Assembly: GCA_000151265.1 (NCBI GenBank) | Contig: GG663750.1 | Location: 124,195 to 156,194 of the forward strand | Direction: 5' to 3' | DNA from: Micromonas pusilla | Lineage: Eukaryota | DNA: 32,000 bases | In this document: one piece after another, positions 8,402 to 17,785 of the stretch | Numbering within the stretch: the stretch's first letter is position 1 | Layout of the letters: every line of letters starts with the position of its first letter | The notes under the pieces: model-generated | Told to the model about the DNA's origin: nothing | What the model saw: the letters and a program-made list of their open reading frames with translations, nothing else | The model's database searches: none | Made by a program: the position numbers and the translations under genes

Positions 8402-8472
8402 GTTCATCGGTCGGCTGAAAGAGGGTCGCGATCGATCACGTTTTGAAACCGAAGGGTGGGTGAAAATCGATC
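8402..8472 (-). mobile_element. Degenerate B-type introner relic, intergenic, antisense to the downstream gene
   Basis: Minus strand GATCGATTTTCACCCACCCTTCGGTTTCAAAACGTGATCGATCGCGACCCTCTTTCAGCCGACCGATGAACC aligns with 6279-6349 and 10281-10396. The donor is degraded (GATCGA instead of GTGCGT). It lies about 150 bp upstream of the ATG at 8618. Confidence 0.55.
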
Positions 8473-8617
8473 GCATCGAACGCGATTCATCGCGCGCGCT
8501 CGATCTCTCATCGACTCGTGGCTGGCGCGCGTCGACGACGGAAACATCCACGGCGGTCCGTCCACGCGCGTCGGACACCGCGACCGCGCCCCGCGGCCGC
8601 GGCGCGCCCCGGAGACG

Positions 8618-8737
8618 ATGGCGTCTCGATGCGGCGCCTCCGCCGCGGCGACGGCGTCGCCGCGTCGACGCGCGACGCGCCGCGACGCGCGGGACGTCCG
8701 CGCGCCGTCCGCGTCGAGGAGGTCGAGCGATCGCGCC

Positions 8738-8778
<41 letters not shown>

Positions 8779-10884
8779 CGACGACGCGCTCGGCGCCGCC
8801 CCGGCGTGGGCGCTCGCGTCCAACAACCCGCCGCTGCGAGGAAACTTCGCGCCGGTGACGGGCGAGCTCCGCGATCCGCTCCGCGACCTGCGCGTCGACG
8901 GGACGCTCCCTCCGTCCGTCAGCGGCGTCTTCTTGCGGAACGGTCCCAACCCCGCGCGCGAACCGCTGCTCGGGGCGGACCGGTACCACTGGTTCGACGG
9001 CGACGGGATGGTGCACTGGGTGCGCTTGGACGCGACGACGCAGCGCGCGTCGTACGGGCGGAAGTACGTGCGCACGCGCGGGTTCGAGCAAGAGGAGGCG
9101 GCGGGCGAGGCGATGTACACCGGACTGCGCGACATCAATCCGATCTGGCGCGTGCTCTTGCCGCGGCTGGCGCAGAAGGTGTGGGAGTGGCGCGCGCCGG
9201 ACAGCCCGTTCTGGGTGATTCAGGCGCGTTCTCCTTCACACTGGTCCCCATACAGTACGACCGCGTCGGCGTGGTGAACGCCGATCCTCAAGGACTTTCT
9301 CTCCCGGCGCATCTCTCCGCCCAGGGTCCCTCGGTTTCAATCCCGACACGCCTCGACGCCTTTCAACTCCGCTTCTGACGCCTTTGAACGCCACCCCGAC
9401 ATTCGTCGCTTCGTGTGGAACGCGCCTCAGTCGAAGAACACGGCGAACAACGGCCTGAAGTACCACGCCGGACGGTTGCTCGCGACGTACGAGAGCGGCT
9501 CCGCGTACGAGCTGGCGTTGACGCCGGAGCTGACCACGACGGGACTGTGCGACTTCGGAGGGACGCTCGGGACGAATGACTTTTGGCTCGATAACATGAC
9601 CGCGCACGGGAAGACGTGCGCGGAGACGGGGGAGATGATGTACATAGGATACAACCTCATCGATATCAACGCGGACGGGAAGACCGAAGTCACCGTCGGC
9701 GTCGTCGACGCGGATGGAAAACGTGCGCGCCGCGTCTCCGTCCCGGTCGCGCGTCCGTCGATGCAGCACGACGTCGGCATCACGCGCACGCGCGTGGTGC
9801 TCCTCGACGGCCCGCTCGTGTTTAATCTGAACCGGGTGATGGACGGCGGGCTGCCGTTCGCGTTCGAGGGCGAAGAGACCATGCGGATCGGAATCCTCCC
9901 GCGGAAGGGCGCCGCGGACGCGTCCGACGCGGTGTGGATAGACACCGAGGAGCCGTGCTACGCGTACCACGTCGTGAACTGTTACGACGATCCGACGGAC
10001 GCGAATAAGGTGATCGTCGACGCGTGCAAGGCGGACGGGACGAACGCGTTGGGGATGGCGCGCGGGTTCGATAAGGACGCGCCGAACGGTTACGCGGTCA
10101 CCGACGCCGGGTTCGTCGCGGGCGTCGACCGCGACCGCCCGATCGAAGCGGGCGCGGTCATCGGTCGACACGCGAACGCGGTCGGCGAGGGACGGGACGT
10201 CGCCGCGATGTGGCGCTGGGTCGTGGACGTGAAGTCGAAGACGCTCGTGTCGTCGACGCGGACGTGTTCCGAGCCGTCGGGTGCGTCCTCCTACAGTATG
10301 ATATCGTCGTTTACCCACCGCTCGGTTTCAACATTTGATCGCTTCCCCTTTCCGCTGACCGATGAACATACGTATTCTGCGTGGAACGGCCCTCAGACTT
10401 CCCGTGCGTGTCCCCGCGCGTCGTCGGCGGAGAGCACCGGTACGCGTACAGCGTCGGGTACCGCCGCGGCACGGAGCCGAAGGACCGCATGGACATCCCG
10501 TCGTTCGACAGGGTGTTCAAGCACGACCTGAGAGGCGTCGAGAGGGACGACGACGAGAACGACCATACGACTAAATGCCCACACGACTCGACGACGCGGG
10601 GAGGGAGGACGCCGACGACGTACGAGCTCGGCGACGACCGCGCGTGCGGGGACATCCTCTTCGTCCCCGCGACGGACGCCGACGACGCGGAGGAGGACGA
10701 CGGTCACGTCCTCGTGTTAACGCACGTCATGGATGCGTTAGGTAACTCGACGCGGACGGAGCTGATCGTGTTGGACGCTAAGGACATGACGCCCGCGGCG
10801 ACGGTGCACGTGCCGACGCGGGTGCCGTTCGGGTTTCACAACGAGTTCGTCCCCGCGGACGCGCTTCGCGGCTGGGACGCGTGA
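8618..10884 (+). CDS. Carotenoid cleavage dioxygenase (RPE65/CCD family), 3 exons
   Basis: Exons 8618-9223, 9431-10280, 10397-10884. Motifs: LRGNFAPVTGEL..DGTLPPSVSGVFLRNGPNP..DRYHWFDGDGMVHWV, VIQ|SKNTANNGLKYHAGRLLATYESG, MTAHGK, EPS|DFPCVSPRVVGGEHRYAYSV, VPFGFHNEFV. Basic N-terminus with a poly-Thr tract. Confidence 0.85.
8741..8778 (+). repeat. (ACG)12-13 microsatellite encoding poly-Thr
   Basis: Uninterrupted ACG run in exon 1 of the CCD gene (TTTTTTTTTTTTT). Confidence 0.9.
9224..9430 (+). mobile_element. Introner element, IE1-type, full length
   Basis: ATTCAG|GCGCGTTCTCCTTCACACTGGTCCCCATACAGTACGACCGCGTCGGCGTGGTGAACGCCGATCCTCAAGGAC..CCCCGACATTCGTCGCTTCGTGTGGAACGCGCCTCAG|TCG. 207 nt, phase 0. 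Confidence 0.9.
10281..10396 (+). mobile_element. Introner element, B-type (short)
   Basis: TCGG|GTGCGTCC..GTTTACCCACCGCTCGGTTTCAACATTTGATCGCTTCCCCTTTCCGCTGACCGATGAAC..CTGCGTGGAACGGCCCTCAG|AC. 116 nt, phase 1. The tail resembles the IE1 tail. Confidence 0.8.
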
Positions 10885-11152
10885 GAGAATATCTACGGTA
10901 TGCGATAGGCGTCCCGTAGTGTGCGCACTGTGACAAATTACCTTACCTTCGCGGGTGGGGAATAACCTTATGTAGGGCTAGACGTGAGACGAAACGACGA
11001 AACGAACATCTGAATGTTCTAACGCGTACGAGTAACATTTATGCGTCGCGCGCGAGCACTTCCGCGCGTCTAGGCGCGACGCGCGTCGCCGACCAAACAG
11101 AACGCGTCGTCGTCGTCCGTCCGTCACCGTCTTCTCTTCGTCAATTCAATCA

Positions 11153-12708
11153 TCACTTCGTCGCCTCGATCGACCCCCCCGACGCGGCGAGCTTCCGCCG
11201 TTTCAACAGATACAAACCGTACAACGCCGCCCCCGTGCACGCTAACCCCGCGCCGTACTTCCAGTACGTAAGGTCGCATACGTGCATTCATCAAAGCCAG
11301 GTGAGTCATCGACAAATACACGTTCACAGGGGATGAAAGAGGGGAAACAGGCGGGAGAACTAGATACAGTAGGCCCAGACCAGTTCCACGGCGCCGGATA
11401 CAACAGCATGGACGCGCCGATGGATATCATCTTCCTCGTGGACTTCACGATCTCCGTGTTCGACGCGCCGTAGTGACGAATCAGGAGCATGATGAACGAC
11501 ACGGAGAGGTACCCGAAGAGCGCCGCGACGCAGATCGCGGGCAGCACCGTCGCGTTGGCGAACGCGTGCGCGAACGCGGGTAGGAGCTCCCCTGAGGGTC
11601 GTTCCATACGAGCGAATGTCGGGGTGGAGTTGAAAGGCGTCAGAAGCGGAGTTGAAAGGCGTCGAGGGCGGGGGGTATTGAAAGCGGGGGGTGGGCGGAG
11701 AGATGCGCCGGGAAAAGTCCTTAAGGATCGGCGTTCACCACGCCGACGCGGTCGTATGGGGACCAGTGTATAGAACGCGCCTGAGAAGAGCATCGCGATC
11801 GCGCTGAATCCGATCCCGATGAGATTGCTGTGGAAGACCACCTCCGCGTGCGTGACCGGGTCGGGGATGTTAAAGAACCGCCGCTCCTCGAAGTTCCCCG
11901 CGGCGGAGTCGAGGAAGAGCGCGACGAAGATCATCACCACGCCGGTCGGGTCGAAGCTCGGCGCCGCGTCCACGTCTGCGATATCAATCGTCGGTCGAGA
12001 GAAGACGCGCGTCAGGTCAGTCGCGCGGGGACGTGATCGGTGGATATCATTCACACGGGAGCGTATGGGAAGTAGTCTCACCGCCCATCGTGAACAACGC
12101 GATGCCGCAGACGAGGAGGATCGCGCAACCGTACTCGTCGCGACCGTACGTCCGGCCTTGCATGAACGTCCCCAAGATCATCGTCGGGATCACCTTCGAG
12201 CTCTTCGCGACGATGCGCGTCGTGTAGTTTAAGTACTGCATCGCCGCGTTCGTGATCCACATGCTCCCCGTGGTTATCGCGGCGAGGATGAGGTAGTTTC
12301 GCCACGACCCTTTTCGCACCGCGTCGTTCGATTTCTTACGCTCGATCGCCGCCGCGGCGCAGTACACGAGCGTCGTGAAGAGCGTCACCATGCCGCCGTA
12401 GTGGAAGTCCGCGCCTCGGAACACGCCCTCCTGCGTCGCCGTGAACCCTGCGGAGGAAGCGTGAACGGGGAGGTCAGCGAACGATCGATCGACAACGGAC
12501 GGGACGAAAAAAAAAATAAGATTTATTCGATTCGAAGGAGGGCCGGGGCCGGGGACGCGCCGAGGTACGACAGGATCGCGCCGCTGACGAGGAAGTACAC
12601 GAGGTCTTTGTCCGACATCCGAAGCGGAACCCCCCACAGCTTCGCCGGGTCCCTGTGATGCGGCGCGGCGTGCGATATCCCGGACTCCACGTCGACGTGG
12701 CCCCCCAT
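11153..12708 (-). CDS. Nucleotide-sugar/UAA-family transporter (SLC35B-like), 5 exons
   Basis: Exons (minus) 12561-12708, 12082-12447, 11781-11975, 11368-11591, 11153-11257. ..AMQYLNYTTRIVAKSSKVIPTMILGTFMQGRTYGRDEYGCAILLVCGIALFTMG|DVDAAPSFDPTG..AIAMLFSG|ELLPAF..IVKSTRKMISIGASMLLYP..|YGAGLACTGAALYGLYLLKRRK. All exon phases are consistent. The start (first in-frame ATG) is tentative. Confidence 0.8.
11592..11780 (-). mobile_element. Introner element, IE1-type, full length
   Basis: CTCAG|GCGCGTTCTATACACTGGTCCCCATACGACCGCGTCGGCGTGGTGAACGCCGATCCTTAAGGAC..CCCCGACATTCGCTCGTATGGAACGACCCTCAG|GG. 189 nt, phase 1. Confidence 0.9.
11976..12081 (-). mobile_element. Introner-like intron, type 3 (GTGAGACT..CCCATACGCTCCCG..GATATCCACC.ATCAC)
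   Basis: GGCG|GTGAGACTACTTCCCATACGCTCCCGTGTGAATGATATCCACCGATCACGTCC..GACTGACCTGACG..ATCGCAG|AC. 106 nt. Shares its head and the GATATCCACC box with 14794-14969. Confidence 0.7.
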
Positions 12709-13379
12709 CGTGATGATCGACGCGTCTCTCCTCTCGTAGTCCGCCAGAGTGCCGAACCGCGCCGCGATCGACACTGACTCCTCCGTCGGCGTCTTCGTCG
12801 AGCGCGCGCGCTTCCCTTCCCTTCCCTCCCTAGGCGCGATCGCCCCTCGCTCGACCGTTCTTCGCCCTCGCCGCGACTCCGCGAGACGTCGCGGACGCGG
12901 AGGACGCGCGCGCGGTGTCGTGTGCGCGGACGTCGGACGCTCGGGGGCTGCTCACCGCTGCTTCTGCGGTCCACGCGAGCGGACTGGACGCGGGCCGCGA
13001 TCGCGCGGCGCCGACCGACCGAGCTCTCATCATCAGTCAGGTCTCGCGCGAGGAGTCGAACCGTCGTCGCTCGGCGCGCCTCGGAACCGCCGCTCGCGTC
13101 GACGTCGCGTCCGTCCGCGCCTCCGCCGCGCGCGCGCCACTTCGCTCGCGCGCGCGCGTCGAGAAGACCCCCGCCCCCGCCCGTCGTCCTCGAGGTGCGC
13201 CGCGACCGCGCGCATCTGCGTCGCGGTCGCCGCCGCGCGTCCCCGCGTCGCGCGCGCGCGTTTTCATCCGTCGTCGATTCGCGCGACGCGACGCCTCGAC
13301 TCCCGCCGCGTTTCTTCACTCCGCTCACGCGTCCGTCCGCCGCGCAGCTCCTCCCTCGCGCCCTCTCCGTCCGTCCGCC

Positions 13380-14455
13380 ATGGTCGAACGCAACCCGTGG
13401 TACTCGCGCGTGAAGGGCCCGTTCCCGGAGTCGTACGGCTGCGTCGGCGTCAAGCCCGACGGCGGCGGCAGCATGCGCGGCCGCGGCACCGTCGGAAAGA
13501 TGCGCGTCCATCACGCCGTCTTCAACCGCGACTCAGGCGCGTTCTATACACTGGTCCCCATACGACCGCGCACGCGTGGTGAACGCCGATCCTTAAGGAC
13601 TTTTCCCGGCGCATCTCTCCGCCCACCCCCCGCTTTCAATACCCGCCCTCGACGCCTTTCAACTCCATCTGACGCCTTTCAACTCCACCCCGACGTTCGC
13701 TCGTATGGAACGACCCTCAGATCTGATCAAGAAGCTGATCGATGACGGCGACGACGTCAACGAGGTCGAGGGCGCGGGGAACACGCCACTCTTCTGCGCC
13801 GCGTACGACGGCTGGAACGAGGGCGTCGAGCTCCTGTGCGAGCTCGGCGCGAAGGTCAACGCGAGCAACAACGTGCGCGGCTCGCGACGCGTCGGCCGTC
13901 TCCCCTCCCCGTCGTGGTTTTGTTTTGGTTTTTTTTTTCTCCTCACGGGTCCGAAAAAACGCTCCGCGAACCGCTCATCATCGACCGTTACGTTACTCAC
14001 GACGAATGAATGCCACTCATATCGTCATCGCGCGCAGGCCGGGGACACCGCGTGGCAGTGGGCGGCGAACATGATGCACGACAGCACGTGCGAAGTGCTA
14101 GAGAAGTTGGGCGCGGACAAAGAGTACCTCGGCCGCGTCATCGTCCCGGAACACATCCCGAAGGCGCGTCCGCCCGCGTCCGCCTTCGCGTTTCGCGCCT
14201 GACTGTTTGCGCGTACGGCGATTCGACGACGCCCTCAAAACCCTAACTCACCCCTAACGAATTAAACAAACCTGCGCTCGAACCTCACGTACACGTCAAC
14301 AGGTGAAGGACTTTTACGATCTCCCCGACGGGAAGGAACACCCGAAGCCGTCGCTCGAGTACCTCGAGTGGCAGAAACAAAAAGACGCCGAGCGCGAAGT
14401 CGACGAAACCGCGCAGTGGGACGAGTGGTCCAAGCCGGGGAAGCCGGAGCCGTGA
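13380..14455 (+). CDS. Small ankyrin-repeat protein, 4 exons
   Basis: Exons 13380-13536, 13721-13872, 14038-14163, 14303-14455. DLIKKLIDDGDDVNEVEGAGNTPLFCAAYDGWNEGVELLCELGAKVNASNN|AGDTAWQWAANMMHDSTCEVLEKLGADKEY is ANK-like. Strong G/C third-position bias, all phases consistent. Confidence 0.65.
13537..13720 (+). mobile_element. Introner element, IE1-type, full length (good reference copy)
   Basis: CTCAG|GCGCGTTCTATACACTGGTCCCCATACGACCGCGCACGCGTGGTGAACGCCGATCCTTAAGGACTTTTCCCGGCGCATCTCTCCGCCCACC..GACGCCTTTCAACTCCATCTGACGCCTTTCAACTCCACCCCGACGTTCGCTCGTATGGAACGACCCTCAG|AT. 184 nt, phase 1. Confidence 0.92.
14237..14259 (+). repeat. Telobox-like motif (AAACCCTAA..CCCCTAA) inside an intron
   Basis: AAAACCCTAACTCACCCCTAACG lies within intron 14164-14302 of the ankyrin gene. 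Confidence 0.5.
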
Positions 14456-14595
14456 GGAGCGTCCACGTGGACGTTGTGATTCGATGTGGTTGGTTCGGAC
14501 GTGCCACGCGTCGTCGGCTGATTCACCGAACGAAGACGCGAGAGAAGACGACTGCACTCTGTGATCTAATCATCTTCTTCGTCGTCGACGTCCGT

Positions 14596-17420
14596 CTAAT
14601 CCTCGACCGCTACGCTACCGCTACTCGTGCTCGCGCGTAAGAGCGCCGCGTCGATCGCCTTCTCGATCGCGGCGTCGAACGTCGCCACGTACGCCTCGCG
14701 ACGACCGTCGACGCTTCCCTCTTCCGCCCCCACGCGCTTCTCCTCGTTCTGTTTTCGTTCGCGGACGAGGCGCAGCGCCGTCGCCGCCGCCGCCTGCGTT
14801 TGATCGGTCGAGGGAATCCGCGCGTCAGTCAAGAGTGTGTGTGATTGGTGGATATCGTTCCCACGTGTCGAAACGTGAGGTTCACAGCGCGCGAAAGAAG
14901 AGGTCGCCTTGAGAAAGAAACGACCATCGACGCGCGAACGGGAGCGTATGGGAAGCAGTCTCGTCTCACCGCCGACGCCGCCTTGGTCGCGCGCTCCGCC
15001 CGCTCTTTGAACTGCTCTCGGCTCAGCGTCCTCGCGTTCCACGCCGGCTTCAGCTTCTCCTTGACGCGTCGCGCGATCTCGTGCTTCGACGGCGCGCCGG
15101 TCTCGATCGACGCGACGCGCGCCGCCTCGCGCGCCTCGAGCGACGCCGCCGCGCGTCTGAAGGTCGAGGATCCATACGAAGCGAACGTCGGGGTGGAGTT
15201 GAAAGGCGTCAGTCGCAGTTGAAAGGCGTCGAGGCGTGTCGGGATTGAAAGCGAGGGGTGATGGGCGCAGAGAAATGCCGGGAAGTAAAGTCCTTAAGGA
15301 ACGGCGTTCACCACGCGAACGCGGTCGTATGGGGACCAGTGTGAGATAGAACGCACCTCCGACTGTCGGACAATGTCGGACAATGCGACACCGCGCCGGG
15401 AGGCACGAACCCCGTCGCCGGTCGCAGATGCCCTCGGCCGATCTCTCGCACGACGTCCAGCTCCGTCGGCGCTCGCGGCGGATCGGCGGCGAATGCGGCA
15501 CCGTTCTTCTTCTTCGCGGCGAACGCGGCGAGGAGGTCGTCGTCGTCGTCTTCTTCGCAAACGAACTCCCACGGCGCGCGGGGCCCCGCGGGCTCTGACT
15601 CCGACGACGCGTCGCTCTCGGACCACTCCGAGCGAACTCTCTTCTTCTTCTTCTTCTCCCGCGGCCGCGTCGGGTGAGTCCGCGTCTTCGCCCGCCCCGG
15701 CCGCGGCGGCGAGAACGACACGCCCGCGATGAGACGGACCGAGAGCCCCCCTCCGCCCGGCCCGGGCGGGGGCGTGGGGAGGCGCCGACGCGCGGGGACG
15801 GCCGGGCGCCGTCTGCGAACGTGCGCGGACCCCGACCCCGCCGCTGCCGCTGCCTCGCGTTCGCGAGTTAGCACCGCCACCGCGCGCGCCCTCGCGTCGT
15901 CCCCGCCGCCGCCCCTCGCGCGCGCCTTCGGTCCGACGCTCGGGTGGTTCGACTTCAATCCTTCCGCTTCCGCGCGCTTCATCGCGTCCCACGCGTCGTG
16001 CACCGCGTCGCCGAGCGCTTCCTCTTCGCCGGGCTGGAACGCGAACCGATCGTACGGGCGATTAGTCTGGTTCGCCACCGCCGCCGGGTCGAGGTCCGGT
16101 CGGTCCTCGACGGCGCCGGCGGCTCGATCCGCGGTCCCCGCGGTCCGCGTCGTCGGCGGCTCTCCCCTCCCTCCTCCTCCTCCTCCTCCGCGCGGATCAT
16201 CCCGCCCCGAGCTGAACCCGAGCTCGCCGCTGCGGTACCGTTCCCAGAGCTCTCTGAGCTCGGTCACGCGCGCGATTTGCCGCGAGCGATCGTCCGTCGC
16301 GGCCGGCGTCGAGCGGATCCCGCCGCCGACGCCGACGCCGACGCCGCCGACGCCGCGCCCGCCGCGCCCGCCGCGTCGGTTGACGTTCCGCGCGCTCGAG
16401 GCCGCGCGCAGCCGCGCGGCTCTCGCGCGCGCGGCGGCGAACGCCGCCGCGGACGCCGCCGCCTCCGCGTCGTCGTCCTCCGCGCGTTGAAGTCCCCGCG
16501 CGAGCGCCGCGTCCGCGTCCGATTGGTCGACGGCGTCCACGTCAGCAGAATCAGAATCGTCGTTCGCGCAAATGAGACACCGCCACGCGTCGTACGGCAC
16601 CTCGTCTAACCCGACGCAGTAGCAGTGGTACCCTTGGTCGCAGCCGTCGCACAGCATGAGCTTATCCTCGTCGCCGCCGTCGCCTGGTGGGGTTAAAGCG
16701 CCGACGCGTCGGGGTCAGTCGAACGTCTCGCCGGTTAAACGAACGCCGAAAGGAAAGCGCGGGCGGGGAAAGTCCAAAGTCCTTAAGGAACGGCGTGCAC
16801 TTCGCGAACGAGGTCGTACGGGAAGCAGTCTCACCGCATCGGCCGCAGAGGACGGTCTCGACGTCCACGCCGTCGGGCAGCTCGCCGCCGTCCGGGTCTT
16901 CGTACGTCTGGTCGCGCCGCGGGAGGTATATCCTCTTCAGCGGCTTATTAGGCTTCTTCGCTCCTCCGCGACTTCCCCCCCGCGTCGTCGTCGTCGTCTT
17001 CGTCTTCGTCTTCGCGTCGGTTGACGTTCCGTCTTCCCCCGCGACGTCGACGTCGACGTCGACGTCTTCGGGTTGAATGAACGAGAAGCGCGCCTTACAC
17101 AGCGGACAGCGGGTCTCGATCTTGGCCCATCGCTTGATGCACGCGACGCAGAACACGTGCGCGCACGAGTCCAAGCGTCCGCGTCGCGAGACGTCCTCTT
17201 GGCATATCGCGCACTGGTCGCCGAAGAAGGGCAAGGACGCGCGCGGCGCGTCCGCGTCCGCGTCCGCGTCGGACGCGGGCGCGGGCGCGGGGGAGGACGA
17301 GGCGACGATCGGTGCCGCGTCGTCGTCGGGCGGAGGCGCGCGGTCGTCCGCCGCGGTCGCGTCGGTCGTCGGCTTCGGCTTCTGCGCCGCCTCGAGCGCG
17401 GCGCGGACTTTGGGTCTCAT
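14596..17420 (-). CDS. RING-finger plus PHD-finger protein (PHRF1-like architecture), 4 exons
   Basis: Exons (minus) 16835-17420 (the ORF is open up to an ATG at 17525), 15357-16683, 14970-15156, 14596-14793. RING: CAICQEDVSRRGRLDSCAHVFCVACIKRWAKIETRCPLC. PHD, restored by splicing: LCGRCG|DGGDEDKLMLCDGCDQGYHCYCVGLDEVPYDAWRCLIC. All three introns are introner-family. Confidence 0.75.
14794..14969 (-). mobile_element. Introner-like intron, type 3
   Basis: GCG|GTGAGACGAGACTGCTTCCCATACGCTCCCGTTCGCGCG..CACGTTTCGACACGTGGGAACGATATCCACCAATCACACAC..TTGACTGACG..AAACGCAG|GCG. 176 nt, phase 0. Confidence 0.7.
15157..15356 (-). mobile_element. Introner element, IE1-type, full length
   Basis: CGGAG|GTGCGTTCTATCTCACACTGGTCCCCATACGACCGCGTTCGCGTGGTGAACGCCGTTCCTTAAGGAC..CCCCGACGTTCGCTTCGTATGGATCCTCGACCTTCAG|A. 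200 nt, phase 2, GT donor. Confidence 0.9.
16684..16834 (-). mobile_element. Introner element, type 2 (GTGAGACTGCTTCCC head)
   Basis: TGCG|GTGAGACTGCTTCCCGTACGACCTCGTTCGCGAAGTGCACGCCGTTCCTTAAGGACTTTGGACTTTCCCCG..CGAGACGTTCGACTGACCCCGACG..CCCACCAG|GC. 151 nt, phase 1. It splits the PHD finger. Confidence 0.85.
17043..17066. repeat. (GACGTC)4 palindromic hexamer repeat
   Basis: Encodes DVDVDVDV on the minus strand in the RING/PHD gene. Confidence 0.9.
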
Positions 17421-17699
17421 GGCGTCACCGCGTCGCCATGACGCGCGAGCGCGTCGTCGTCGGCGTCGTTCGCGCGCGGAAGATCTGGTCGCCTCGATGA
17501 CAGCGAGTGCGACGAAATTAAACATAAAAATATTGTGGCAACTTTTGAAGAAAACGCGCGTCCGCCGCCGAAACGAACCGAGCGCTCGCGCGAGGAGACG
17601 GGCGAGCGTTCACGGCGAAACGCGTTCACGAGTAAATAATATAAAGACAGGATAAAACAAGGTAAATAAGGTAATCAGGGTGGGTTTCGGGCGCGACGC

Positions 17700-17754
17700 T
17701 CACTCCAGGGAGCCTCGCAGCATCGCGCCGAAGCCTCCTTCGCACGAGCCACCT

Positions 17755-17785
<31 letters not shown>

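Noticed and set aside
12775-13379. Possible extra exons in the unusually long (about 670 bp) divergent spacer between the transporter and ankyrin genes
   Set aside because: No frame shows sustained third-position bias and there are no splice-site pairs that extend either gene in frame. It is left as promoter and UTR sequence. The spacer 20200-20861 gave a similar negative result.
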